Notes under the pieces: model-generated | The model's input: only the letters and a program-made list of their open reading frames with translations | What the model was told of the DNA's origin: nothing | Databases searched by the model: none | From: Sedimentisphaerales bacterium | GTDB taxonomy: Bacteria; Planctomycetota; Phycisphaerae; Sedimentisphaerales; Anaerobacaceae | Assembly: GCA_040772485.1 (NCBI GenBank) | Contig: JAXGYC010000010.1 | Coordinates: 192,001-256,000 of the forward strand | Length of the DNA stretch: 64,000 nt | Direction: 5' to 3' | Program-made: the position numbers and the translations under genes | In this document: positions 9,196 through 18,122 of the stretch, in pieces | Layout of the letters: each line of letters begins with the position of its first letter | Numbering within the stretch: the first letter of the stretch is position 1

Positions 9196-9972
9196 ATGCG
9201 GTCGCCAGCAATCCATCTTGCTCTCGGTCAGGCCAAACAACTGTCACGGCTGGCCTGGCAGGGGCTCCATCAGGTGCTCTGGCCACCGGCGTGTCTGTGT
9301 TGCGGCGGGCAGGCGGGACCCGACAATAGCGGGCTGTGCTCAGGCTGTTGGGATCAACTGCTGACGAGCACGTCCGGCGAGTACTGCCTTCGGTGCGGAC
9401 GGGACGCCAGCCGGTATGGGCTCGTGGACGGGGCCTGTCCGGCCTGCCAGGCGATGGAGACTCACTTCGATGGAATCGCCCGTGCTGGGATCTACACTGA
9501 GACGCTACGCCAGATGATCCTGATGTTCAAGCACGACCGCACGGAATTGGAGGCCCTGCTCGGTTCGCTGGCCGATGCGGCCTTCCAGGGAAGTCCCTTC
9601 TACGAGCAGATCGAGCTGCTCGTCCCGGTCCCCCTGCACTGGACCCGTCGCCTGGCTCGAGGCTACAACCAGTCACGTCGGATCGCCGGGCGGCTCAGGC
9701 ATCCGACCGCCCGAATCTGCCCGGACCTCGTCCGCGTCCGCCGCACCAAGGCCCAGCCCGCCGCAGCCACTGCCGCCGCAAGGCAGCGCAACGTCGAGGG
9801 CGCCTTCGCGGTCCGGCCCGACCACCGGTACGCCGGCAAGACCGTCTGCCTCGTCGACGACATCAAGACCACCGGCGCGACCCTCAACGAGTGCGCCAAG
9901 ACGCTCAAACTGGCCGGCGCCGCACGGGTCTATGCCCTGGTCCTGGCCGTCGCCGGACAGGACCTGGGTTGA
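9196..9972 (+). CDS. comF: ComF family protein (double zinc ribbon + phosphoribosyltransferase domain)
   Basis: CxxC pairs (CLCC, CSGC, CLRC, CPAC), VPVPLHW.R..RGYNQS, RQRNVEGAF and LVDDIKTTGATL. Confidence 0.92.
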   Translation: MRSPAIHLALGQAKQLSRLAWQGLHQVLWPPACLCCGGQAGPDNSGLCSGCWDQLLTSTSGEYCLRCGRDASRYGLVDGACPACQAMETHFDGIARAGIYTETLRQMILMFKHDRTELEALLGSLADAAFQGSPFYEQIELLVPVPLHWTRRLARGYNQSRRIAGRLRHPTARICPDLVRVRRTKAQPAAATAAARQRNVEGAFAVRPDHRYAGKTVCLVDDIKTTGATLNECAKTLKLAGAARVYALVLAVAGQDLG

Positions 9973-9996
9973 TAGAGCACAGAAGAAAGGAGTGAC

Positions 9997-12180
9997 ATGC
10001 TGACGACTGCCCTGCTGACCACCGTGACAATACTGCTTGCCGTCCCGCCCGGCTACGCTGACCGGCTCGACACGGATTGGCTCGTGACGCCGGTTCGCCA
10101 AGAGGTGACCGTCGAGAAGAGCGACGATGGCCGTGAGATCGTCATGGACAACGGCCTGATCCGCCGCACGTTTCGCCTGAAGCCGAACGCCGCCACCGTC
10201 GCCCTCGACAATCTCAGGACGGGCGAGTCGATGCTGCGCGGCGTCAAGCCCGAGGCCAGCCTGACAATCGACGGCATGTCCTTCGACATCGGCGGACTCA
10301 GAGGCCAGCCCAACTACGCCTACCTGCTCGACGAGTGGAAAGACGCTCTGACGTTCGATCCGAACGCATGGCAGTTCATCGATTACCAGATCGACCAGAC
10401 CCGAGCGCGGTTCGCCTGGAAGCGGGTGCGCCACTGCACCGATCTGCCCTGGCCACCACGCGGTGTGTCGCTGACCATAGCGTACGGGCTCTCCGATCAG
10501 GCCAGGAAGACTCTGGGTCCCAGCCGCGCTTACCTCGACAGCGTGGCCGTCCAGATCCACTACGAGATGTACGAAGGGATCCCCCTGATGTGCAAGTGGC
10601 TGACGATCCACAACGGCTCGGATCGGCCGATTCGCCTCAACCGCTTCACCAGCGAGATCCTGGCGATGGTCGAGTACGAGTCGGAGGTGGACCGCTACGA
10701 GCGGTGGCGCGTGCCGAACCTTCACGTCGAGAGCGACTACGCCTTTGCCGGCATGAACGCCTCGGTGGCCAATCACACCACGCACTGGGTGCGCGACCCG
10801 GAGTACCTGACACAGGTGAACTACCTGCGAGAGAACCCGTGTCTGCTGGAGTCGCGTCCGCCGGTCGGGCCGGAGATCGACATTCCGCCGGGCGAGACGT
10901 TCGAGTCGTTCCGGACATTCGAACTCGCCTTCGACAGCACCGAGCGCGAGCGCAACGGCCTGGCGGTCCGCCGCATGTACCGCACCATCGCGCCGTGGAT
11001 CACCGAGAACCCGATCATGATGCACGTGCGTCAGGCCGATCCGGATTCGGTGCGGCTGGCAGTCGATCAGTGTGCCGAGGTCGGCTTCGAGATGGTCATC
11101 ATGACATTCGGCAGCGGGTTCAACCTCGAGAACGAGGACCCCGCGTATCTGGCCCAGTTGAAGGAACTGGCCGACTACGCCCACAGCAAAGGCATCGAGA
11201 TCGGAGGCTATTCGCTGCTGTCGAGCCGGCGGATCAGCGACGAAGACGACGTCATCGACGTCGCGACGGGCAAGCCCGGCGGCGCTCTGTTCGGCAACGC
11301 CCCCTGCCTCGGCAGCCGGTGGGGACAGGACTACTTCCGGAAGCTCTATGCTTTTTACAACAAGACCGGCTTCGACCTGCTCGAACACGACGGCTCCTAT
11401 CCCGGCGACACCTGCGCCTCGCAGAGCCATCCCGGCCATCGCGGCTACGAGGATTCGCAGTGGACCCAGTGGAAGACGATCACCGAGTTCTACAAGTGGT
11501 GCCGGAGCCGCGGCGTCTATCTGAACGTCCCCGACTTCTACTACCTGACCGGCTCGACAAAGTGCGGCATGGGCTATCGCGAGACGAACTGGTCGCTGCC
11601 GCGTGCCCAGCAGATCCTCCACGGCCGGCAGAACATCTACGACGGGACCTGGACGAAGACCCCCAGCATGGGCTGGATGTTCGTGCCCCTGACGGAATAC
11701 CACGGGGGCGGTCCGGCGGCCACCATCGAGCCGCTGCGCGATCACCTCGACGCCTACGAGGCCCATCTGGCCAACAACTTCGGGGCGGGCGTACAGGCCT
11801 GCTATCGCGGCCCGCGCCTGTACGATTCCGATGAGACCAAGGCCGTGGTCAAGACGTGGGTGGATTTCTTCAAGCGATACCGTGACATTCTCGAATCGGA
11901 CGTCATCCACTTGCGACGGGCCGATGGACGGGACATCGACGGCCTCCTCCACGTGAACCCGCAGCTAAAGATCAAAGGCCTGGCGATGATCTACAACCCC
12001 CTCGACCGCCCCGTGGAACGAAATCTGACGCTGCCGCTGTACTACACGGGCCTGACCGACACCGCCCGCATCCGCGAGAAGGAAGGCGACTGGCAACCTT
12101 ACAAGCTCGACCGCCGCTACAACGTCACGATCCCTCTTCGCGTCGAGCCGGCCGGCGTCACCTGGCTTGTCATAGAGTAA
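9997..12180 (+). CDS. Secreted alpha-galactosidase-like glycoside hydrolase (GH36/clan D-like)
   Basis: Signal peptide, AAGGAG RBS, and TIM-barrel-type segments (VGFEMVIMTFGSGF, APCLGS.WG, FDLLEHDGSYPG). Exact family is uncertain. Confidence 0.65.
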   Translation: MLTTALLTTVTILLAVPPGYADRLDTDWLVTPVRQEVTVEKSDDGREIVMDNGLIRRTFRLKPNAATVALDNLRTGESMLRGVKPEASLTIDGMSFDIGGLRGQPNYAYLLDEWKDALTFDPNAWQFIDYQIDQTRARFAWKRVRHCTDLPWPPRGVSLTIAYGLSDQARKTLGPSRAYLDSVAVQIHYEMYEGIPLMCKWLTIHNGSDRPIRLNRFTSEILAMVEYESEVDRYERWRVPNLHVESDYAFAGMNASVANHTTHWVRDPEYLTQVNYLRENPCLLESRPPVGPEIDIPPGETFESFRTFELAFDSTERERNGLAVRRMYRTIAPWITENPIMMHVRQADPDSVRLAVDQCAEVGFEMVIMTFGSGFNLENEDPAYLAQLKELADYAHSKGIEIGGYSLLSSRRISDEDDVIDVATGKPGGALFGNAPCLGSRWGQDYFRKLYAFYNKTGFDLLEHDGSYPGDTCASQSHPGHRGYEDSQWTQWKTITEFYKWCRSRGVYLNVPDFYYLTGSTKCGMGYRETNWSLPRAQQILHGRQNIYDGTWTKTPSMGWMFVPLTEYHGGGPAATIEPLRDHLDAYEAHLANNFGAGVQACYRGPRLYDSDETKAVVKTWVDFFKRYRDILESDVIHLRRADGRDIDGLLHVNPQLKIKGLAMIYNPLDRPVERNLTLPLYYTGLTDTARIREKEGDWQPYKLDRRYNVTIPLRVEPAGVTWLVIE

Positions 12181-12211
12181 TTGTGTCCGCTTTATCGTCA
12201 AAACGGGTTCG

Positions 12212-12988
12212 TCACAATCGCTGGTACTTGACGACGGCGCGATAGACGCCGTCGATGCGTTTGCCCTCGACCACGGTCGGCGAGTACTTCTCGTTGCGCG
12301 GCTGGAGGCGGATTTGATTCCCGGCCTCGAAAAAGACGCGCTTGAACGTCGTCTCGTGGGGCAACGTGAAGCGGACGAAGCAGTCGTCGCCGTTGCGGAC
12401 CTCGCAGGCCGGCGAGAAGATCACGATGTCGCCCTCGACGAACTTGGGCTCCATCGAGTCGCCGACGACGCGCACGGCGAACGCGTTCGGATCGTGCAGG
12501 TCGGGGCAACGGACGTAATCGTCGGCGACGCCGACGGGATAATCGAGATCGTTGAACTCGACCGGATAACCCGCCGCGACCTTGTTGATCACCGGCACGA
12601 GCCGGCCCGCCGCCAGGGCCCGCTTGCCCTCGTCGGCGCTGAGATTGCTCTTGGCCAGCATCGACTTGAGCGATCGGGCGCTGCTCTTCTTGTCGATCGC
12701 CTTTTTGAGCAACTGCCGGAGTTTCTGATTCTCGGCCTCGCGCGATTCGTACTCCTGCCGAACATCCGACGGCATGCGTTCCAGGTGGGCGATGTGCAGC
12801 AGCAGCCCCGAATCGAACTTCAACACGCGTTCGAGCTTCGTCAGCAGTTCGTCGCTGGGCGGATTCTTGACCTTGCCCGTCTCGATCGTGGACAGGTACG
12901 GCTTGGAAAACCCCACGCGGTTGCTGACTTCATCGAGAGTCAGATTCAACTGCTCACGCTTCTGTCTGATAATCTGACCGAGAGACAT
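12212..12988 (-). CDS. XRE-family HTH repressor with C-terminal S24 peptidase domain (LexA/CI-like)
   Basis: HTH (LTLDEVSNRVGFSKPYLSTIETGK), Ala-Gly cleavage site VAAG, catalytic Ser (VGDSMEP) and Lys (TTFKR); GAGGA RBS before the ATG at 12988. Confidence 0.9.
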   Translation of the reverse strand: MSLGQIIRQKREQLNLTLDEVSNRVGFSKPYLSTIETGKVKNPPSDELLTKLERVLKFDSGLLLHIAHLERMPSDVRQEYESREAENQKLRQLLKKAIDKKSSARSLKSMLAKSNLSADEGKRALAAGRLVPVINKVAAGYPVEFNDLDYPVGVADDYVRCPDLHDPNAFAVRVVGDSMEPKFVEGDIVIFSPACEVRNGDDCFVRFTLPHETTFKRVFFEAGNQIRLQPRNEKYSPTVVEGKRIDGVYRAVVKYQRL

Positions 12989-13015
12989 AGCCATCCTCAA
13001 ATGCGGCCCGAAGGC

Positions 13016-14110
13016 CTATTCCACTTCCACCAGCTCGTAGTCCGCGCGGCCCAGTCCGATCCGAACCGCGTGCTCGATCTGGGTGTGCCAGTCCAGCCTG
13101 GCATTGCCGATCAGCTTGGGCACGCCCCGCCCGCCCCGGCTCTCCACCAGATCGATGGCCGCCTTGTCCACCGCCACCGGATCCATCGAGGCCAGGATGC
13201 CGATATCCTCCACCATCTTAGGCATATTCGCCCGTGCGAAGCAATCACAATCTTTAGTTACGGACATCACAAAATTGAAGAACACCGCCCTTCCCTCCTT
13301 GCCCCGGAGCGCGCCGAGAGCGTGTTCCGCGACGCTCTTCTGCAGGATTTCGTTCTCCTGCTGCCAGTCGTACGCCACAGCGTCGAACCGGCAGACGGCC
13401 ACGCACTCCGCACAGCCGATGCACTTGTCCTGGTCGATGTGGGCCTGGACATCGTCGAGGGTGATGGCGTCGGCCGGACAGTGACGGCGGCACTCGCCGC
13501 AGCGGGTGCACTTACCCTTCTTCACATGGGGCTTGAGGGCCGCGTGCTGGCGCATCTTGCCCTTGCGGCTGGAGCAGCCCATGCCCAGCGTCTTGATCGT
13601 CGCGCCCACGCAGGTGGCACAGTGGCCGGTGAAGTGCGCCACCGACAGGATCGACTGGCACCGCACGATGTCGGCCGCGATCATCACCTCCTTGTCCAGT
13701 TCGCCTTCGATGGGTACCGCCGCCTCGGCAGTCCCGAACAGCCCGTCGGGAGGAATGAACGGGATGCCCAGCCCCTCGACGCTGAAGCCGCGCTGCGTCG
13801 CCAGGACCGTGTGGTCGATGGCGTTGTGCCGCCGGCCGGTGTAGAGCGTGCTGGTGTCGGTGATGAAAGGCTTGGTCTTCAGCGTCAGAAGCTCCTCGAC
13901 GAGGCCCATCAGGCACGGGGCCTTGATGTAGGTGTTGTTGGTCTCTTCGCCGACATGGACCTTCACGGCGGTGAAGTCGTTCTTCTTAAAGCACTTGCGG
14001 AAACCGCCCGCCCGGAACAGGGTCCTGGCCTTCTCCGAGACGGCCCGTTCGCCTTCGCCGATCGATGCCTTGATGAAATAGACTTTCGAACTCAATTTCC
14101 GTCCTTCCAA
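13016..14110 (-). CDS. DUF362 domain protein with 2x[4Fe-4S] ferredoxin domain
   Basis: AVKVHVGE, TDTSTLYTGRR, CTRCGECRRHCP, CIGCAECVAVC, DCDC, DIGILASMDPVAVD. True start is probably the TTG at 14095. Confidence 0.88.
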   Translation of the reverse strand: MEGRKLSSKVYFIKASIGEGERAVSEKARTLFRAGGFRKCFKKNDFTAVKVHVGEETNNTYIKAPCLMGLVEELLTLKTKPFITDTSTLYTGRRHNAIDHTVLATQRGFSVEGLGIPFIPPDGLFGTAEAAVPIEGELDKEVMIAADIVRCQSILSVAHFTGHCATCVGATIKTLGMGCSSRKGKMRQHAALKPHVKKGKCTRCGECRRHCPADAITLDDVQAHIDQDKCIGCAECVAVCRFDAVAYDWQQENEILQKSVAEHALGALRGKEGRAVFFNFVMSVTKDCDCFARANMPKMVEDIGILASMDPVAVDKAAIDLVESRGGRGVPKLIGNARLDWHTQIEHAVRIGLGRADYELVEVE

Positions 14111-14214
14111 GTATCGGGCGTTTGCCCATCCATGCCTCAGCCCATCACCACTACGTCAACCGGCTCCCTGCCCGGCGAGCTAAGACGCTCGCCCTACCGG
14201 TCCTGCCGCTGACG

Positions 14215-14322
14215 AATTGGCTTTGTTTTGCGAATCCCCTGTTCGAGCCAGATGTCATATAACCAATTATATAGAAAGTACTTACGCTCATACGGCCGGC
14301 ATCAAATTGGCTTTGTTTCGCA
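14215..14322. repeat. Direct repeat pair AATTGGCTTTGTTT(T/C)GC about 90 nt apart, flanking an AT-rich core
   Basis: Copies at 14215-14234 and 14304-14322. Confidence 0.7.
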
Positions 14323-14681
14323 TACTCGCGTCCCGAGCTACCGCCGGTCCGCCCTGCCGCCGGAAGAGCTCTTGCCGACCGCCAACCACCCAAGTTCACA
14401 TCCCGCGTCCATCGCCAGCCGTCCAAATTTGACTATCGACCATCAACCATGCCCAATTCAGTTGCCTAATTATCATACGCAAAGCCTCGTTCCTCGTCAA
14501 CCCGCTTTCGAAAATTCTTTGTCTTTTTCTCGCGTCCGGCGGAGCTATAATCATGGCGGCAGCCAAAGGAGATGCGGAAGGTGGAAGCGCGTAGCCGGCA
14601 GCCAACGCCAGGCCTTTCCAGTTCCCCTTGAAGATGGCGTACAACAAGCAAGGTGCAGGCAATCGCGGAGTGCTCAGCACG

Positions 14682-15473
14682 ATGAAGCTCTTCTCTGAAC
14701 GTGGGACAGACGAACAATACGTCGAGGCCGTCCGAGCGTGGCTGGCGAACCCCAGGGGGTCGTGGAAGCGCCACATGAGCACGTGCCTGTTGCTACCGCC
14801 GATGGTTGTCGCCCTGCCCTTGCTCATCGCCAACGGGTACGAACGTCTAGCTGCTCATGAGGCCCACCCCTGGCAGATGATTTCTTTCTTCCTCGCTCAA
14901 AGGGCGGGAATCCCACTGGCTTTTGCCGCCTTCTCTCTGCGCTGGGCGGTGCGTGTTTCTCGTGGCCCCAGACTGGAACGCCTTATGATCCGGTATCACG
15001 ATGAACTGGAGAGCAAGGGCAATGGCGCCCATGTCCCCGGAGAGACAGCAGCAGATGCTTGGATCGGCTCGGCAGGAGATTCCCTCCTGTCAAGGCTGGT
15101 TCGCTACGCGTTTCGCAAAGACTACGCATTGAAGGCCCAGACGGATCAGGATTGTGTCGCCCTGGCTCGCGCATCTGTGAAACGCCAGAAGAAACTGTCC
15201 TTCTTCTTTCTTGCGATGTTGCCGGTTGAGGTTGCGCTCTGCGTGATGTGGCTTCGCTTCGTGACTTCGGACACACTTCGCCCATCGGCCTCGACGCCGT
15301 GGGGCACCTTGGCTGCAGGTCTGGCATTGGGCTTCGTTCAGGGGCTGATGCTGTGGTTCGGGCTCGAGTGTTTCCTGGAGGCACGCGAGAGCCTCCGGCA
15401 TCCCAAAGTCGCCCGGCTCATGCTCCGATACCATGATGCGGTGGCACGCCAAGCGCAGAACGGCGGATCGTGA
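14682..15473 (+). CDS. Hypothetical membrane protein with an internal tandem duplication
   Basis: Two units of TD..(Y/C)V...R / two TM helices / (RL|KV)(E|A)RLM(I|L)RYHD. Start is uncertain (14628-14682). Confidence 0.7.
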   Translation: MKLFSERGTDEQYVEAVRAWLANPRGSWKRHMSTCLLLPPMVVALPLLIANGYERLAAHEAHPWQMISFFLAQRAGIPLAFAAFSLRWAVRVSRGPRLERLMIRYHDELESKGNGAHVPGETAADAWIGSAGDSLLSRLVRYAFRKDYALKAQTDQDCVALARASVKRQKKLSFFFLAMLPVEVALCVMWLRFVTSDTLRPSASTPWGTLAAGLALGFVQGLMLWFGLECFLEARESLRHPKVARLMLRYHDAVARQAQNGGS

Positions 15474-15555
15474 CGGCTCACTGCCGACAGGGATGTCGAT
15501 GGCGAAGAAGGTGAGAAAGAGGAATGTATCTGTCGGCAGGCAGTTCCTGCCCCCG

Positions 15556-15714
15556 CTAATCCGCTTTGGGTCTGGCGTCGGGTGAGGGATTCAGCTTCTT
15601 GTACTGATACTTTTCCTTGCGAACGGACTCGTTCCAGGTCAGCTTGACCTGCTCTTCGGAGGCGAGGAACGGTTTGTTTGTACCTCGCGACTTGCGGTAT
15701 TGATCGTTCGTCAT
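15556..15714 (-). CDS. Small basic hypothetical protein (52 aa)
   Basis: AGGAGG RBS 6 nt before the ATG; sequence MTNDQYRKSRGTNKPFLASEEQVKLTWNESVRKEKYQYKKLNPSPDARPKAD. Confidence 0.5.
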   Translation of the reverse strand: MTNDQYRKSRGTNKPFLASEEQVKLTWNESVRKEKYQYKKLNPSPDARPKAD

Positions 15715-16090
15715 GTTCGACCTCCTACATCTCAAATCAGGTGGCGCGGCCCTCTGCATCGAACGCGAGTCTTCTCGAAGGCGTGCCAAGCCGGGAGAAA
15801 GGATTCGGGAGATGGGTCTTGAGGCCGGTGATGGTATCGATGCCAAAGGATCGCGCTTCAAGGCTTCATCAGGCGATCATCCCAAGTTCGCAACAGCGAA
15901 CCAGTCTCCATCATACCACGTCATAGCGGCCACTCAAGCGGTTTCACGCGATCACCTCCGAAATACTCCAAATGCCCCTCTCACCGGCGGTATATCGGAA
16001 AGCCCATGCAGCATCCGGCGGGGCGCGCCCAGCGTCTTTGGCCCGGCCGGGCGCAGGCGTAACTATTTCGTATTTTGGCGATTTATTTTG

Positions 16091-16119
16091 TTGACATATG
16101 GGAGAGGCACCGATATAAT
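16091..16119 (+). promoter_or_regulatory. Perfect-consensus sigma70 promoter of the cold-shock gene
   Basis: TTGACA-17 nt-TATAAT with an AT-rich upstream element; implies a 5' UTR of about 100 nt. Confidence 0.85.
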
Positions 16120-16223
16120 ACAGGTCTTGTAAAGGAGTACGCTTTCCTCCCTCGAAGTTTACCCTGTCAACAAGCAGAGGGAAAGTACGTTTGCAGGCCG
16201 AATCGGCCTCAGGAGAAGAGCAC

Positions 16224-16427
16224 GTGGCAACAGGAACAGTAAAGTGGTTCAACGAGAGCAAAGGATTCGGTTTCATCAGCCCCGCCGGTGGCGGCGACGA
16301 TTTGTTCGTCCACCACTCAGAGATCAGGACCCAGGGCTACGCCTCCCTCAGTGAGGGCCAGACGGTGAGCTTCGAGGTCGGACAGGGCAAAAAGGGCCCG
16401 TGTGCGACCAACGTCACCCCCGGTTAA
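16224..16427 (+). CDS. cspA: Cold-shock protein (CspA family)
   Basis: GTG start after [20 protein letters not shown] and LFVHHSEI (RNP1/RNP2 motifs). Confidence 0.96.
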   Translation: MATGTVKWFNESKGFGFISPAGGGDDLFVHHSEIRTQGYASLSEGQTVSFEVGQGKKGPCATNVTPG

Positions 16428-16450
16428 GCTCCACCAAGCACCAGATCAAG

Positions 16451-16480
16451 AAGGCCCCGCCCCCTTGCGGGGCTTTTTTG
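16451..16480 (+). terminator. Intrinsic terminator after csp
   Basis: AAGGCCCCGC-cccctt-GCGGGGCTT followed by a T-tract. Confidence 0.85.
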
Positions 16481-16788
16481 TTCCCTCAGGACCAAGTCCG
16501 ACAATCGGCGACCAAGAGAATGACTGGGCCGCCGTGGTTCTACGTCGCTCAGACAGCCAGCCAGCGACCATCCCTCTCGCCTTCGTCTTCGGAGAGTCTC
16601 TGCCCACCCTGAGAAGTCGCAACAGCAATGGGGTTCCGGCCTGCTTGCGTGGCGGCAGGAGCAAGGCTATGATTGTGTACAGGCGAAGGCGATGGGAACA
16701 TCGGTGAATGAGGAGGGCGTATAGAAGACAGAACTGAGCTGCTCATCGGTCCGGTTCGTTCGGAGACGGCGCGTTAAAGGCGGCGACT

Positions 16789-17265
16789 ATGCGGACGGTG
16801 ATTGTGTACTATTCGAAGTTTGGCAATACGCGGCGGGTAGCGGAGGCGATGGCGGAGGTGATGGGTCAGGCGGGCGAGGTGCGTGTGGTCGGGATCGAGC
16901 AATTGACCGCCGGCGACTGGGAGGGAGTCGATCTGGTCGTGGTGGGCAGCCCCACACATGCGTTCAGCGTGCCGGCGGCGGTTCGCTCCGCACTCGCGAA
17001 ACAGCCTCGGGACATTCTGGCGGGCAAGTCTGTGGCGGCGTTCGATACGACGGTCCGCGCCTGGCCGTTCCGGCGTCTGCGGGCCTCGCCCAAGCTGCTG
17101 CGCCGGCTCCGCCGACTGGGCGGCACGCCCGTCGCCGAGCCGGAGACGTTCTTCGTCGCCATGCACGGTGCACCGGCGGCCGGCGGGACCGACCTGCTCG
17201 AAGAAAACCAGATCGACCGAGCCCGACAATGGGCCGCCAGGCTCCTCGATCCATCGAAGGCCTGA
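16789..17265 (+). CDS. Flavodoxin family protein
   Basis: FMN loop VYYSKFGNTRRVAE, plus VVGSPTH and AAFDT. Confidence 0.88.
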   Translation: MRTVIVYYSKFGNTRRVAEAMAEVMGQAGEVRVVGIEQLTAGDWEGVDLVVVGSPTHAFSVPAAVRSALAKQPRDILAGKSVAAFDTTVRAWPFRRLRASPKLLRRLRRLGGTPVAEPETFFVAMHGAPAAGGTDLLEENQIDRARQWAARLLDPSKA

Positions 17266-17429
17266 GCACGACGCACGACGTCCGGTTTTTGCTCCGGCGG
17301 GGCGATTCGCCGGCAACGAATCGGTGGATGGTGCGTCTATGAGAAAGGAGACGGTGCGTTCTCCGGAAGGCCGGCCGGCTTGCGTGTCGGCCCCATGAGC
17401 AGAGTTGTGCAAGTGGAAGGGAGACTGTC

Positions 17430-18038
17430 ATGAGGACCTCTGGAATCCTCGCTTCTGTCGGCATCGCGTTGGCAATGCCTTTCCTGCTATGGGGTTGCGG
17501 CAAGCCGGACGATCAGACGACGGAGGAAACGGGTACGGACTCGGTGCAGAGCGAGCCCCTGGCGGCAGACCGCGAGCAACAGACAGCAACCCCACCTGCG
17601 TCTCACGCGGCTTCCGCCACCGCGCAGACGGGAGGTGATATAGGCCAGTTGGACAAGCAGATCGAAGAGGTCCGAGCGGCATTTCTGGCTCTCCAGCAGA
17701 TCTGCAAGGCCAACGATGTCGATGGCTACGTCGCTTTCTGGGATGACAAGACGAAGGAGCAGACCGATGCGAGGGATTTGACCATCGCCCAGAGACAACA
17801 GCGGCGGCGCGAGAGGACCTTGGCAAACCCCGGGGCCTTGGAGGAGATCGCCAAGGCCAAGATCGAATCCATCGAGGTGAACACCAGCCAGGCGGAAGGG
17901 ATGGAGCGTTTTGGCCAGAAGGTGGAAGGGACCATGATGGTGGTGTTCACGGACGGTCCTGCCCTGCTGTTCCACGAGACCGCCGACGGATGGAAACTGT
18001 TCACGAAATCAACAGGCGACTACTTCCGCCAGAAATAG
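17430..18038 (+). CDS. Hypothetical lipoprotein
   Basis: Signal peptide ending in lipobox-like LLWG|C; GGGAG RBS. Confidence 0.75.
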   Translation: MRTSGILASVGIALAMPFLLWGCGKPDDQTTEETGTDSVQSEPLAADREQQTATPPASHAASATAQTGGDIGQLDKQIEEVRAAFLALQQICKANDVDGYVAFWDDKTKEQTDARDLTIAQRQQRRRERTLANPGALEEIAKAKIESIEVNTSQAEGMERFGQKVEGTMMVVFTDGPALLFHETADGWKLFTKSTGDYFRQK

Positions 18039-18122
18039 CGTGTCGTCCGTTCGCGCTGGCGCGGGCCTCCGGCGACCACCCCCAATCCGCCAGTGGCGGA
18101 TGAGGCTGTCACCCGGCCCGTG

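Noticed and set aside
12212..13000. Prophage indicated by the CI-like repressor
   Set aside because: No divergent cro, integrase, replication or structural phage genes in the window.
14215..14322. CRISPR array
   Set aside because: Only two short repeats with a spacer of about 70 nt, and no cas genes.
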